DNA of 64,000 bases from Pseudomonadota bacterium (GTDB lineage: Bacteria; Myxococcota; JACRCW01; JAFGSX01), in NCBI GenBank assembly GCA_043821645.1, contig JBDRCO010000003.1, forward strand, positions 192,001 to 256,000. The letters are read 5' to 3'. The position numbers were made by a program, and so were the translations under genes. Positions 10,207 to 19,393 of the stretch are shown in pieces. Within the stretch, counting starts at the first letter, position 1, and every line of letters begins with the position of its first letter. Below the pieces are notes generated by a model that ran no database searches, was not told the origin of the DNA, and saw only the letters and a list, made by a program, of their open reading frames with translations.

Positions 10207-11366
10207 CCCACGCTCCCCGCACTGGGCTTGCTGTCCTCCTCGGGGTCCTTGGCGTCCACGTCCAGGCCACCGGTATCCCCGGTCGAGGCCATCTCCGCAG
10301 CCGTCGCGTCTGCCGTGTCGGCGACCTGCGCGCTGGCGGCCGGCGGGGCCTCACCAGAGCTGCTTTGTTCGACTGCAAGCTCCGGCGCTGCGGCCTGTGC
10401 CGCGGAACTCCCGGCGGCGGATTCCTGGTCCGGGCCAGCGCCGTCCCCCGTGTCGTCGCCGCCTTCGCGGGTGGAACCATCCTCCCGCTCTGCTCGACGG
10501 GGTCGTGGCCTGCGTCGGCGGCGGTGCATCAGTTCTTCCGAGGCGCTGACGATGTCCTGAGCGATGTGCTCGGCCTGGCGCTCGCCTTCCTCTCCTTCTG
10601 CGACCTGGCGTCCGGCAGCCAGGGCGAGTTCGCGACATACCGCTTGATAGCGGCGAGTGATCTCGTCGAGCTTGTCGCTGACGGCCTCGAGCTTGCCGCG
10701 GGCCAGCAGGTGGAGTTTCTCGTTGTTGCTCGCGCGCTTGTAGAAGCGGCGCAGCTCGTCCACGACCTCGGCTGGTAGGGCGTCGAGAGCGATGCGCAGG
10801 TCGGGTGGCGTGCTCTCGGAGCGTGCCTGGGCCGTCTGCGCACGGCTGGCCTCGAGATCGCGCTCGAGTCGCCGGATGGTGTCCTCGAGCTTCGCCGCCT
10901 TGTCCTCGAGTTCGCGCAGTCCGGCGCCGGCCTCCTTGCGGCTCTGGGCCTCGGCCTCGTGCCTGGCTGCCTCGGTCGCGGCCCGGGCCTCGTCCTGCAC
11001 GCGCTGCACGCGCGCCTCGGCTCCCTGCAGGGCGTTGTTCAGCTTCTTGACCTCGTCCTTCAGGCGCTCGACCTCGGCGTTCTGGGGGCCCGCCTCGGCC
11101 TCTCCCTCGTCGTCACCGCGACCACGCTTGCGCTTGAGCTTGCGCACCTGATCGCGTGCTTCGACCAGCTCGGCCCGGCGCTTGCGGTTCTCTTCCTTGA
11201 GCGCACCCAGCTCGGAGCGGGAGGCCTCAAGCTTGCTCTGGAGGTCAGACCGCTCGTCCGACAGCCCGGTCAGGCGCGTCAGATCTCGGCGCCACCAGAA
11301 AAACATCACGCCCGCAGCGATGAGCGAGAGGCTGGCGAAGAAGATCAGCAGCTGGGTCAGTCCCAT
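10203..11366 (-). CDS. Membrane-anchored coiled-coil protein
   Basis: N-terminal TM helix, long E/K/A/R-rich heptad region, disordered acidic tail; GGAG RBS. Confidence 0.75.
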   Translation of the reverse strand: MGLTQLLIFFASLSLIAAGVMFFWWRRDLTRLTGLSDERSDLQSKLEASRSELGALKEENRKRRAELVEARDQVRKLKRKRGRGDDEGEAEAGPQNAEVERLKDEVKKLNNALQGAEARVQRVQDEARAATEAARHEAEAQSRKEAGAGLRELEDKAAKLEDTIRRLERDLEASRAQTAQARSESTPPDLRIALDALPAEVVDELRRFYKRASNNEKLHLLARGKLEAVSDKLDEITRRYQAVCRELALAAGRQVAEGEEGERQAEHIAQDIVSASEELMHRRRRRPRPRRAEREDGSTREGGDDTGDGAGPDQESAAGSSAAQAAAPELAVEQSSSGEAPPAASAQVADTADATAAEMASTGDTGGLDVDAKDPEEDSKPSAGSVG

Positions 11367-11420
11367 CGTCGATGCTCCTGTGAAACCCGCAAGGGCCGCA
11401 CTCTCCCTGGTCGTGGGCGC

Positions 11421-13475
11421 TCACGCAAGTGTCGAGCTGTCGTCCTCGGCACTCGTCATCTCGGCCCCCGGAGCGTCCTCGGGACCCGTCGGGCGGCGGC
11501 GTCGACGCCGGCGACGCTTGCGGCGCGTGGCGGGGTCCGCGGGTGCTGCTTCCTCTTCCTGGTCAAAATGGATCTCGGCGTCCGCGGGGAGCGGCCCTCG
11601 CCCGAACAAGGCCTCTTCCAGCGGGTCCGCGAACGCAGGCTCGACCCGGACCTCGGGCTGCGCCGGTGTGACCTTGCCGCGCCGTGACGTCACGGCAGCG
11701 TCGTCGGGGCCGGACACCGTCTCGGTCTCGGCGGCTTCCGGATTTGCCTCGACCGTGGACGGCTGCGCCTTGCCGGACTTGCGACGTCGTCGCCGGCGCT
11801 TCTTGCGGACCTCGGCTGTGCCGGACTCCGGCGGATCGGAGGCTTCGCTGTCGGCGTCCACGGCTTCCTCGGGCTCCTCGTCGTCGTCGAGATCCTCGGT
11901 GGCTGCCAGTGCCAGCGTCAGGGCTGGCAGCGCGGCTTGCTGAACCGACGGAGCCGGAGCCAGCAGCAGGGCCAGCTCGGTGTCGCTCAGGCGACGAGGC
12001 CGCTTGGTCTCGAGATAGCGTGGGGCAGCACCCGGGGCCTCGCTGGCGTGGACGTAGACCTCGACCCCACTGGACTGCTGCAGCTCGACCAGCTCACCCC
12101 GGCGCTGGCTGTTGAGCAGGTTGGCCAGATCCGTCTCGACCACGGCCCGCACCGACGCCACGGCGGCGGCATCCGCGGTGGCGCGCCGGCGAAGCTCGCG
12201 CATCACCTCGCTGGCCCGGGACGCGGGATCACGGATCCGGCCCGAGCCGCCACAGGCGGGGCAGGGGGACGATCCCACGGCGTCATGTGCGCGGCGCAGA
12301 CGCTGGCGCGTCAACTCGAGGGTGCCATTTCGCGAGATGTGTCCGAGCGAGGTCTTGGCCTTGTCGGCCTTGAGAGCATCCTTGAGCGCCTTCTCCACAT
12401 CGCGATCGTGCTTGCGTTGCGCGTGGTCGATGAAGTCGACCACGATGATGCCGCCGAGATCGCGCAGGCGGAGCTGGCGGGCAACCTCCACCGCAGCCTC
12501 GAGGTTGGTCTTGTAAACCGTATCCTCGTGTCCCTTCTCCTTGGTGCTGCGCGCCGAGTTGACGTCGATGGCAACCAGGGCCTCGGTCTGGTCGATGACG
12601 ATCTCTCCCCCCGAGGGCAGCTTGACTATCCGTTCCCAGGTCGAGGCGATGGCGTCCTCGACGCCGTGGGCCGCCAGCAAGGGCGTACTTCCCTGGTACA
12701 GGGTCAGCAGCTGCGACTGTCGTGGCATGGTCGCGTTGAAGAACTCCAGGGCCTCCTGGTACTCGTCCGGGTCGTCGACGAGGATCTGGTCGATGTCCGG
12801 CAGGAGGTAGTCGCGGATGGTGCGCACCACCAGGTCTGGCTCCCGGTACAGCAAGGTCGGGGCGCGCCCGATGCGCGCGGTCTTGTCGACGGACTTCCAG
12901 GTGCGCTGCAGCAGGTTGAGGTCGCGCTGCAGCTCCGTCTTGGTGCGCCCCATGCCGGCGGTGCGCACGATCACTCCCAGGCCCTCGGGGACCTTGAGCT
13001 TGTCGAGGATCTCCCGCGCTTTCTTTCGCTCGTCCTCGTCCTCGATCTTGCGGGAGACACCACCGCGGCCATCTCCCGAGTGCATCAGCACGCAGTAGCG
13101 CCCCGCGATGGACAGGAAGCTGGTCAGGGCCGCACCCTTGTGGCCTATCTCGTCGCGGGTGACCTGGACCACCACCTCGTGCCCTCGCCGGAGTTGCTCG
13201 GCAGAGCGCAGGGGCTCGGTGTTGCCGCTGCGGGATCCGACCACTGCTTCCGGGTGCAACTCGGAAAGCGGCAAGAACCCTTGCTTGCTCGGTCCGAAGT
13301 CAACGAAGGCCGCCGCGAGGGCGCGTTCGACGTTGGCGACGACACCCTTGTAAATGTTGCCCTTGAGGGTGTGCTTCGATTGCACCTCGATGTCGTAATC
13401 GATCAGTCGCCCGTCCTCGACGATGGCCACGCGGGCCTCGTCGGCACAGGTTTCGATGAGTAGTTTCTTGGACAT
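11421..13475 (-). CDS. rne: Rne/Rng family ribonuclease (RNase E-like)
   Basis: S1 domain GNIYKG, AAFVDFG, KGAALT, IDQTEALVAIDVNS, RLRDLGGIIVVDFID, Zn-link CPAC, Arg/acidic disordered tail. Start at MSKK (13475). Confidence 0.92.
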   Translation of the reverse strand: MSKKLLIETCADEARVAIVEDGRLIDYDIEVQSKHTLKGNIYKGVVANVERALAAAFVDFGPSKQGFLPLSELHPEAVVGSRSGNTEPLRSAEQLRRGHEVVVQVTRDEIGHKGAALTSFLSIAGRYCVLMHSGDGRGGVSRKIEDEDERKKAREILDKLKVPEGLGVIVRTAGMGRTKTELQRDLNLLQRTWKSVDKTARIGRAPTLLYREPDLVVRTIRDYLLPDIDQILVDDPDEYQEALEFFNATMPRQSQLLTLYQGSTPLLAAHGVEDAIASTWERIVKLPSGGEIVIDQTEALVAIDVNSARSTKEKGHEDTVYKTNLEAAVEVARQLRLRDLGGIIVVDFIDHAQRKHDRDVEKALKDALKADKAKTSLGHISRNGTLELTRQRLRRAHDAVGSSPCPACGGSGRIRDPASRASEVMRELRRRATADAAAVASVRAVVETDLANLLNSQRRGELVELQQSSGVEVYVHASEAPGAAPRYLETKRPRRLSDTELALLLAPAPSVQQAALPALTLALAATEDLDDDEEPEEAVDADSEASDPPESGTAEVRKKRRRRRRKSGKAQPSTVEANPEAAETETVSGPDDAAVTSRRGKVTPAQPEVRVEPAFADPLEEALFGRGPLPADAEIHFDQEEEAAPADPATRRKRRRRRRRRPTGPEDAPGAEMTSAEDDSSTLA

Positions 13476-13700
13476 GGTTTCCTGTATGAAGCCGGCGTCT
13501 GCGGGTAAGCGCGCAGCGCATGAAGACGGCGCCGGATCGTGAGTTCGCCCCCCTGCAAGCACGCGCTACGACACAGGCATACAAAGTTCGAGGGGTCACG
13601 GCAAGGGCGGCGTCGACGCTGCGCCTCGCCAGGGCACCCGACCGTGGTAAGCTGCCCACGGATCGATCCGGCGATAGCGTCGGCATGGCATGGAGGTGAC

Positions 13701-15971
13701 ATGCGGTATCTCACAAGATGGTCGTGGTGCCTTGTGCTCGGAATGCTGGCGGGCTGTCCCGAACCGGTCGAGTCCGTCTGCGAACCGGGGCGGATCACGG
13801 GCTGCCCCTGCTCCAACGGTGTGCGAGGCACACAATCCTGCTACAGCGACGGCAGCGGCTGGAGCAGCTGCGACTGCCGCGCGGATCGGGATTCGGGCAA
13901 CCCGCAGGACGCCATCGCGGGCGATGCCCTGGTCCAGGACGCTGCGGTGACGCGCGATTCGAGCGAGCCGATGGACAGCCTGGTCCTTTTCGACACGGGG
14001 ACCGACGCGGCCACGGTTCTCGACGCTTCACAGCCCTCCGATGCGCAGACGGAAACAGACGCCGCCACGGCGGATGGTGCGCTGCGCCCGGATGGTGCCT
14101 CGACGACGGATGTGGCGACGCCGCAGGATGCAGGAACGGCCACCGATGGTGCCACCGCCATTGACAGTGGCTCGCCCAGTGACACTGGCTCGCCAGCTGA
14201 CGCGATGTCCGTCGACACGGCCTTTGTCCCGGACGCCGGTGGCACCGACGCAGGCATCACGCATCTGACCGTGTATGCCCTCCAGAACACGGCGCTGATG
14301 ACCCATCCTTCCATCGACACCGAGGTCGAACTCAGCGGCGTGGTGGTGACGGCGGTGGATCTGCGGGCACCCACCCTTGGCTTCTGGGTCCAGGAGACCG
14401 CAGGTGGCAAATACAGTGGCATCTACGTCCACAAACCGGCTGCGAATCTTTTCGATCTCTCGACACTCCAGCGCGGGGATGTGGTCTCGGTGCGAGGTCT
14501 GTACACAGAGTACCTGGGCCAGCTTTCGCAGATCGTTCTCGACACGGTCACGGTGACCGGCTCCGTGGCGCCCCTGGCTCCTGTGTGGGCCAGCGATATC
14601 GACAGCGACCCGGAGGCCTGGGAAGGCGTTCTCGTGCGCTTGCAGCCCTCGTGCGAGGTGCAGCTCCTGCTTCAGTATGGAGAGGTGTGGACCAGCTGTG
14701 CGCTCCTGGATGACGAGATCGCAAGCTTCGCCGTCGACGAGGGGCAGAGCTTCGGCTACCTCGATGGCATCTGGAACTACGCCTTTTCTTCTTACCGGTT
14801 GCTGCCCCGCGATGGCATGGATTTCGGGCCTCTGGTCGCGCTGGATGCCGGCACCTACGACGCGAACTGGGACCTCGACGCCTCGCTTGGCCAGGACGCC
14901 AATGTGGGATGCTCCACCATCGCCGATCTGCGTGCGGCGACGCCAGGGCCCGTCAACATGGTGCTGTGTGACGTTCTGGTGACCTACACGCGCACCCTGG
15001 GCTTCTTCGTGCAGGCCGCGGCCTCGGGTCCTGCCGTGTTCGTGTTCCTCAATCCTGCTGCGCAGGGTGTCGTCGCGGGTCACCGAATCTCGCTGCATGT
15101 GACCGAAACCATGGATTTCGAGAACATGCTCGAAGTCACGCAAGGGGCCGTGCTGTCCAACGATCTGCAGATCCACGACGTGCAGGGGAGCCTGCGCCAG
15201 AACATGTCCCTGGGCGCAGGCGTGGCGCCCGGTGAGAGCCTCGAGTCCGAACTGGTGGGGCTCTCGGGCGCGACCGTGGTCAGTGGCAACAACCGCGACT
15301 GGGTCATTCGCTACGGAAGTTCCTCTGTGACAGCGAACTTCTATGCCTACCAGGGCACAGCGGCGGGCCTGTGCGCCGGTGCCACCTTCGATCTGGTGTC
15401 CGGCTACGTCGGGCAGGGCCTGGGAGGCTATTCCATCCGATCTTATCAGGTCGAGGATCTTGCCAATGTCGACACCACCGGTTGCCGCGGATTCGACATG
15501 TCCAACTGGGACTTCGAGGACCATTCGACCTCGCCCATCCCTGACTTCGAGTATCTGACAGGGAGCTTTGTGGTCACGGCGGAGACCGCCAACCCGCACG
15601 GTGGCTCCACCGCCGCGGCCCTGACCTGGACCTCGAGAGACAACCAGGACCTGCGGGCGGGCTACCGCAGCGCCGTCACGGTCTACACCCGCTACACCTG
15701 TCACTTCTGGGTTTATGACGACGACATCGCGGGGCAGGTGCGGGCTTTCATCCACTGGTTTGACGCTTCGGGCGTGTTCCTGGGGTCGTCGTTTCCAGGC
15801 TCGGGGGGCTACAGCATCAACCTGTCGGACTGGCAACAGGTCCAGCACGGCGCCGACGCTCCGGCCGGGGCGGCCTTCATGAGCTGCGGCCTTCGCATGT
15901 ACGACGACACCACGTACTGGGACGGTGACACCACCGTGCTGGTGGACGATCTTTCGCTGACCTCACCCTGA
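13701..15971 (+). CDS. Secreted lipoprotein with OB-fold-like repeats and a C-terminal carbohydrate-binding-like domain
   Basis: GGAGG RBS; lipobox LAGC; Cys motif C.PG....C.C..G..GTQ.C; D/A/T linker; GVVVTA..GFWVQE...YSGI, GDVVSVRG...EY.G, EAWEGVLV (OB-fold style of extracellular nuclease N-termini); NWDFE domain at the C-terminus. Confidence 0.75.
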   Translation: MRYLTRWSWCLVLGMLAGCPEPVESVCEPGRITGCPCSNGVRGTQSCYSDGSGWSSCDCRADRDSGNPQDAIAGDALVQDAAVTRDSSEPMDSLVLFDTGTDAATVLDASQPSDAQTETDAATADGALRPDGASTTDVATPQDAGTATDGATAIDSGSPSDTGSPADAMSVDTAFVPDAGGTDAGITHLTVYALQNTALMTHPSIDTEVELSGVVVTAVDLRAPTLGFWVQETAGGKYSGIYVHKPAANLFDLSTLQRGDVVSVRGLYTEYLGQLSQIVLDTVTVTGSVAPLAPVWASDIDSDPEAWEGVLVRLQPSCEVQLLLQYGEVWTSCALLDDEIASFAVDEGQSFGYLDGIWNYAFSSYRLLPRDGMDFGPLVALDAGTYDANWDLDASLGQDANVGCSTIADLRAATPGPVNMVLCDVLVTYTRTLGFFVQAAASGPAVFVFLNPAAQGVVAGHRISLHVTETMDFENMLEVTQGAVLSNDLQIHDVQGSLRQNMSLGAGVAPGESLESELVGLSGATVVSGNNRDWVIRYGSSSVTANFYAYQGTAAGLCAGATFDLVSGYVGQGLGGYSIRSYQVEDLANVDTTGCRGFDMSNWDFEDHSTSPIPDFEYLTGSFVVTAETANPHGGSTAAALTWTSRDNQDLRAGYRSAVTVYTRYTCHFWVYDDDIAGQVRAFIHWFDASGVFLGSSFPGSGGYSINLSDWQQVQHGADAPAGAAFMSCGLRMYDDTTYWDGDTTVLVDDLSLTSP

Positions 15972-16145
15972 CACCTTCGTGTTTCGCTTCCCAAGCCCCG
16001 GAGCGGTCGGTACAAAGCCGGCGTGGAGAGTCCTGGCGGGGGAGCTTGCAGAACGTAAAATGGGATGAGGATGTCGGCGCTGCTGGCAGGCCATGGCAAG
16101 AACGCCTGTGCACGCCCGGCGTTCGATGCTGTGAACGGGGTGGTC

Positions 16146-19100
16146 ATGATGCGACATGCATGGATGTGGAGTGCGCTAATCTTGTCCCTGGTCGGCTGTC
16201 CGGAAGAGGCGGTCGTGGTGAAATGCACCACGCACACCGACTGCGATCCCGGCAACTGGTGCAACCACGGCAGCTGCGAGCCGGGCACGGCCTGCAGCAC
16301 CAATGAGGACTGCAGCGGGCAGCAACGCTGCATCAACTCGACCTGCGTGCTTGATTCGCGCGATGCAGGTGTCGTCACCCTCGATGCCAACCTTTCAGAC
16401 AGCGCCGGCGTGGATCAGGCGGCAGGTAGCGACGCACAGCAGCCGACCTGTTTCCTGAGCTTCGACCCGGATCCGCTGGAGTTCGGCGCCGTGCGCGTGG
16501 GCGCCCAGGTGGTTCGCGACGTCGAGGTCCAGAACCCCAGCGAGTCCGTCCTCCAGGTGCTCCAGGCGTCCATCCAGAACAACAGCGCGCTGGGTGAGTT
16601 TGCCATTGATCGCGGCGCCTCATTCACGTCGGGCACCCTCGCGCCGGGCCAGAGTCAGAGCCTGCGCATCACCTACACGCCGGTCGACGCCTTGCCCGAT
16701 ACTGCCCAGCTGCAACTGGTGGCCACGGGTTGTCCGGCCCAGACCCTGTTCGAGGTGGATCTGGTGGCCGAGTTCAAGCAGAGCCCGACCATCGCTGTCA
16801 CCGAGCACGCCGGCGAGGCGCTTCCCCTCGTCACCACCGTCGACTTCGGTGACGTGCGGATGGGGCAATTCACGCAGCGCGACGTCTTCGTGAAGAATGT
16901 GCAGGCCGAGAGCGGCCTCATGATCGAAGGGGTCAACCTGCAGCCCAGCAGCGGCCACGGCTTCACGGTGGCCACGGACCTCCCGATCCCGGCGACGCTG
17001 TCACAGTGGATCACCAGCTGTGTCGACGACACGGGATGCAACCAGGCCGCCGGCGAGTCCTGTGGCGACGACGCCTGCCAGAGCAGCACCGGGCACTGGA
17101 TAGACCAGCTCCTGATCACCGTGCAGCTTCAACCTCCGGCCCTGGGCAGCACCACGGCGCAGCTCCGCATCCGCAACAGCGACGTGAGCAATACGCCCAT
17201 CGTCATCACACTTCTCGGCAACGGCATCCCGGCGCACGACTGCCCGGGACGGGGTCACGCCACCAGCGCCTGGGATGACCAGCGGGGCATCTGCGTATGG
17301 ACCTGCGAGCCCGGCTGGTTTGACCTCAATGGCGACCTCAACCAGAGCGTCAACAGCGACGGTTGCGACTACGAGTGCACCTTTCAGCAGGGCGTTTACG
17401 ACGAGCCCGATCTCCTGGGTATCGACGCCAACTGCGACGGGATGGACGGTGTGGTCGAGGACGGTTGGTTCGTGGCCGCCTCGGCCGCGCCCTGCACAGG
17501 CCTGGGATGTGGGACCCGGGAGCGTCCGTTCAACAACCTGCTCACGGGCATCAACGCCGCGGCCACCGACGCCAGCCGTACCCGCGTGCACATCTCCGAC
17601 GAGGTCTACGCTCTTGCCAATACCCTGGTCATCCCCGAGGGCGTCAAGCTGTACGGTGGCTATCGCGTGTACGGCATCACCGCGAGTCTGCAGTGGCGTC
17701 AGCGCACAGGTGTCACCACGATCCAGGGTGCCGCCAGGGCCCTCGAGGCACGCGACATCACCGAGCCCACCTTGTTGCAGCTCATCGACGTGCGCAGCGC
17801 CGCGGGCACGGTCAGCAGCCCCAGCTCCATCGCCCTGCATGCGGTAGATGCCCCAGGCCTGATGCTCGAGGGCATGACCTTGCGCGCGGGCAACGGGCTC
17901 GACGGTGCGGCGGGGACAGACGGCACGGCGGGCGCCAGTGGCCAGGATGGTCAGCCAGGCAAGCCCGGCTGCACCTGGGGATCAGGCTGGGCCAACTGCC
18001 GCGAGGGTGGGCGCGGTGGCCCGGCGGTTTGCAGCGGTGGCCGGGGTGGCGCCGGCGGCAACGGCGGGTTCCATTCCTGGGCGGTCAACGATGTGCAGAC
18101 CATCGCGACGGGCAACAACGGGGTCCTGGACGCCAGCAGCAACAGCTTCACGTCGAGCAGCGCGCCCTTCACCGAGGACTACACGGGTTACCTCCTGCGC
18201 ATCACCGGTGCCAGCAACGAGAACAACAACGGACGACACACCATCACCTCGACCACCAACACCACGACGGTGCTTCTCGGCAACGCGGTTGGGCTGAGCA
18301 ACGAGACCAACCTGGCGTGGACCCTCATCCTTCAACGCGGTGCGCTCACCGGCGAGAGCAACAGCGCGGGGCAGACCGGTGGGGCCGGTGGGGGACGCGC
18401 CGGAGGGCAACTTTCGCCGACCTTCTCCATCTGCGAGGGAGCGGTTGGCGGAGTGGGAACCACGGGACGTCGCGGCAATCCCGGCAGCGGCGGAACGGCT
18501 CAAGCCTCGGGCATCGTTGCAGACAGCTGGTCCCTGGGCTCTGGGAGCGACGCCAGCGACGGGGCGACGGATTCCGCGGGGGGCAGCGGTGGCGGTGGCG
18601 GTGGTGGTGGCGACTGCGAGCCCAACTGTCTTCTTTGGCTCGAACCCTGGCATGTGTGCCTCATCGAGATCAGCTCGCGCTGCAATGCCGACACGCGCTG
18701 TGGCGACACGAGCTGGGGTGGTGGCGGCGGTGGTGGAGGATCCGCCGGGTGTGCCGGAACCAGGGGTACTGGAGGCAAGGCCGGTGGTGCTTCCATCGGC
18801 ATCCTGGCCATTCGCTCGCCCCTCCAGATCCTTGGCGGCAGCATCACGGCGGCAGATGGCGGCGTCGGCGGTGCTGGCGGCAATGGTGGCGCAGGCGGAA
18901 CGGGCGGACTCGGCAAGACCGGCGGCACACCCGTGGTCAACAGTGGCTCTGGTGGACTCGGTGGCGACGGCGGGCGCGGTGGCTGGGGCGGCGGCGGGGC
19001 GGGCGGCGCGGGCGGCGACAGCCTGGGCATCGTCTACACCGGCGACGCGCCAGTGCAATCTGGAGGCGTGTCCATCACCGCGGGCAGCGCAGGCTCGGGC

Positions 19101-19214
19101 GGCAGCGGCGGCAACGGGGCCGATCCTGGCTTCTGCAACCGCACGAACAGCAGCCTGTGCGGTCATGGGCAGGCCGGTGGCGATGGTCGCGCGGAGAGTT
19201 CTCTGCAACTGTGA
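16146..19214 (+). CDS. Cys-rich lipoprotein A: 2 choice-of-anchor D (ASH Ig-like) domains + DxNCDG motif + beta-helix + Gly-rich tip
   Basis: Lipobox LVGC; CxxxxDC repeats; LEFGAV and VDFGDV domains; CEPGWFDLNGD; DANCDGMDG; G...PF....GINAA...LYGGY; GGxGGxG repeats. Confidence 0.8.
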   Translation: MMRHAWMWSALILSLVGCPEEAVVVKCTTHTDCDPGNWCNHGSCEPGTACSTNEDCSGQQRCINSTCVLDSRDAGVVTLDANLSDSAGVDQAAGSDAQQPTCFLSFDPDPLEFGAVRVGAQVVRDVEVQNPSESVLQVLQASIQNNSALGEFAIDRGASFTSGTLAPGQSQSLRITYTPVDALPDTAQLQLVATGCPAQTLFEVDLVAEFKQSPTIAVTEHAGEALPLVTTVDFGDVRMGQFTQRDVFVKNVQAESGLMIEGVNLQPSSGHGFTVATDLPIPATLSQWITSCVDDTGCNQAAGESCGDDACQSSTGHWIDQLLITVQLQPPALGSTTAQLRIRNSDVSNTPIVITLLGNGIPAHDCPGRGHATSAWDDQRGICVWTCEPGWFDLNGDLNQSVNSDGCDYECTFQQGVYDEPDLLGIDANCDGMDGVVEDGWFVAASAAPCTGLGCGTRERPFNNLLTGINAAATDASRTRVHISDEVYALANTLVIPEGVKLYGGYRVYGITASLQWRQRTGVTTIQGAARALEARDITEPTLLQLIDVRSAAGTVSSPSSIALHAVDAPGLMLEGMTLRAGNGLDGAAGTDGTAGASGQDGQPGKPGCTWGSGWANCREGGRGGPAVCSGGRGGAGGNGGFHSWAVNDVQTIATGNNGVLDASSNSFTSSSAPFTEDYTGYLLRITGASNENNNGRHTITSTTNTTTVLLGNAVGLSNETNLAWTLILQRGALTGESNSAGQTGGAGGGRAGGQLSPTFSICEGAVGGVGTTGRRGNPGSGGTAQASGIVADSWSLGSGSDASDGATDSAGGSGGGGGGGGDCEPNCLLWLEPWHVCLIEISSRCNADTRCGDTSWGGGGGGGGSAGCAGTRGTGGKAGGASIGILAIRSPLQILGGSITAADGGVGGAGGNGGAGGTGGLGKTGGTPVVNSGSGGLGGDGGRGGWGGGGAGGAGGDSLGIVYTGDAPVQSGGVSITAGSAGSGGSGGNGADPGFCNRTNSSLCGHGQAGGDGRAESSLQL

Positions 19215-19393
19215 CGACCCGGCTCGACGCCTCGACCCGCGGCGCCTGGTGCAGGCCCGCTGACGACCAGCAACCTGAAGGCGCGGTTCATCCAGCACAA
19301 CCCCTCGCGTCCTGGGCCGGTGCGGCACAGCCGCGCATGGGTTATGATCCAGACGGGCGCTTGCTGGCGCCTCGCCATGTTCAGGAGTGAATC

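Noticed and set aside
13476..13700. Structured rne leader or riboswitch
   Set aside because: Plausible by analogy, but I could not identify a convincing conserved structure by eye.
17363..19390. 675-aa Arg/Trp-rich same-strand alternative frame
   Set aside because: Frame-shifted reading of GGC/GGT glycine codons of lipoprotein A.
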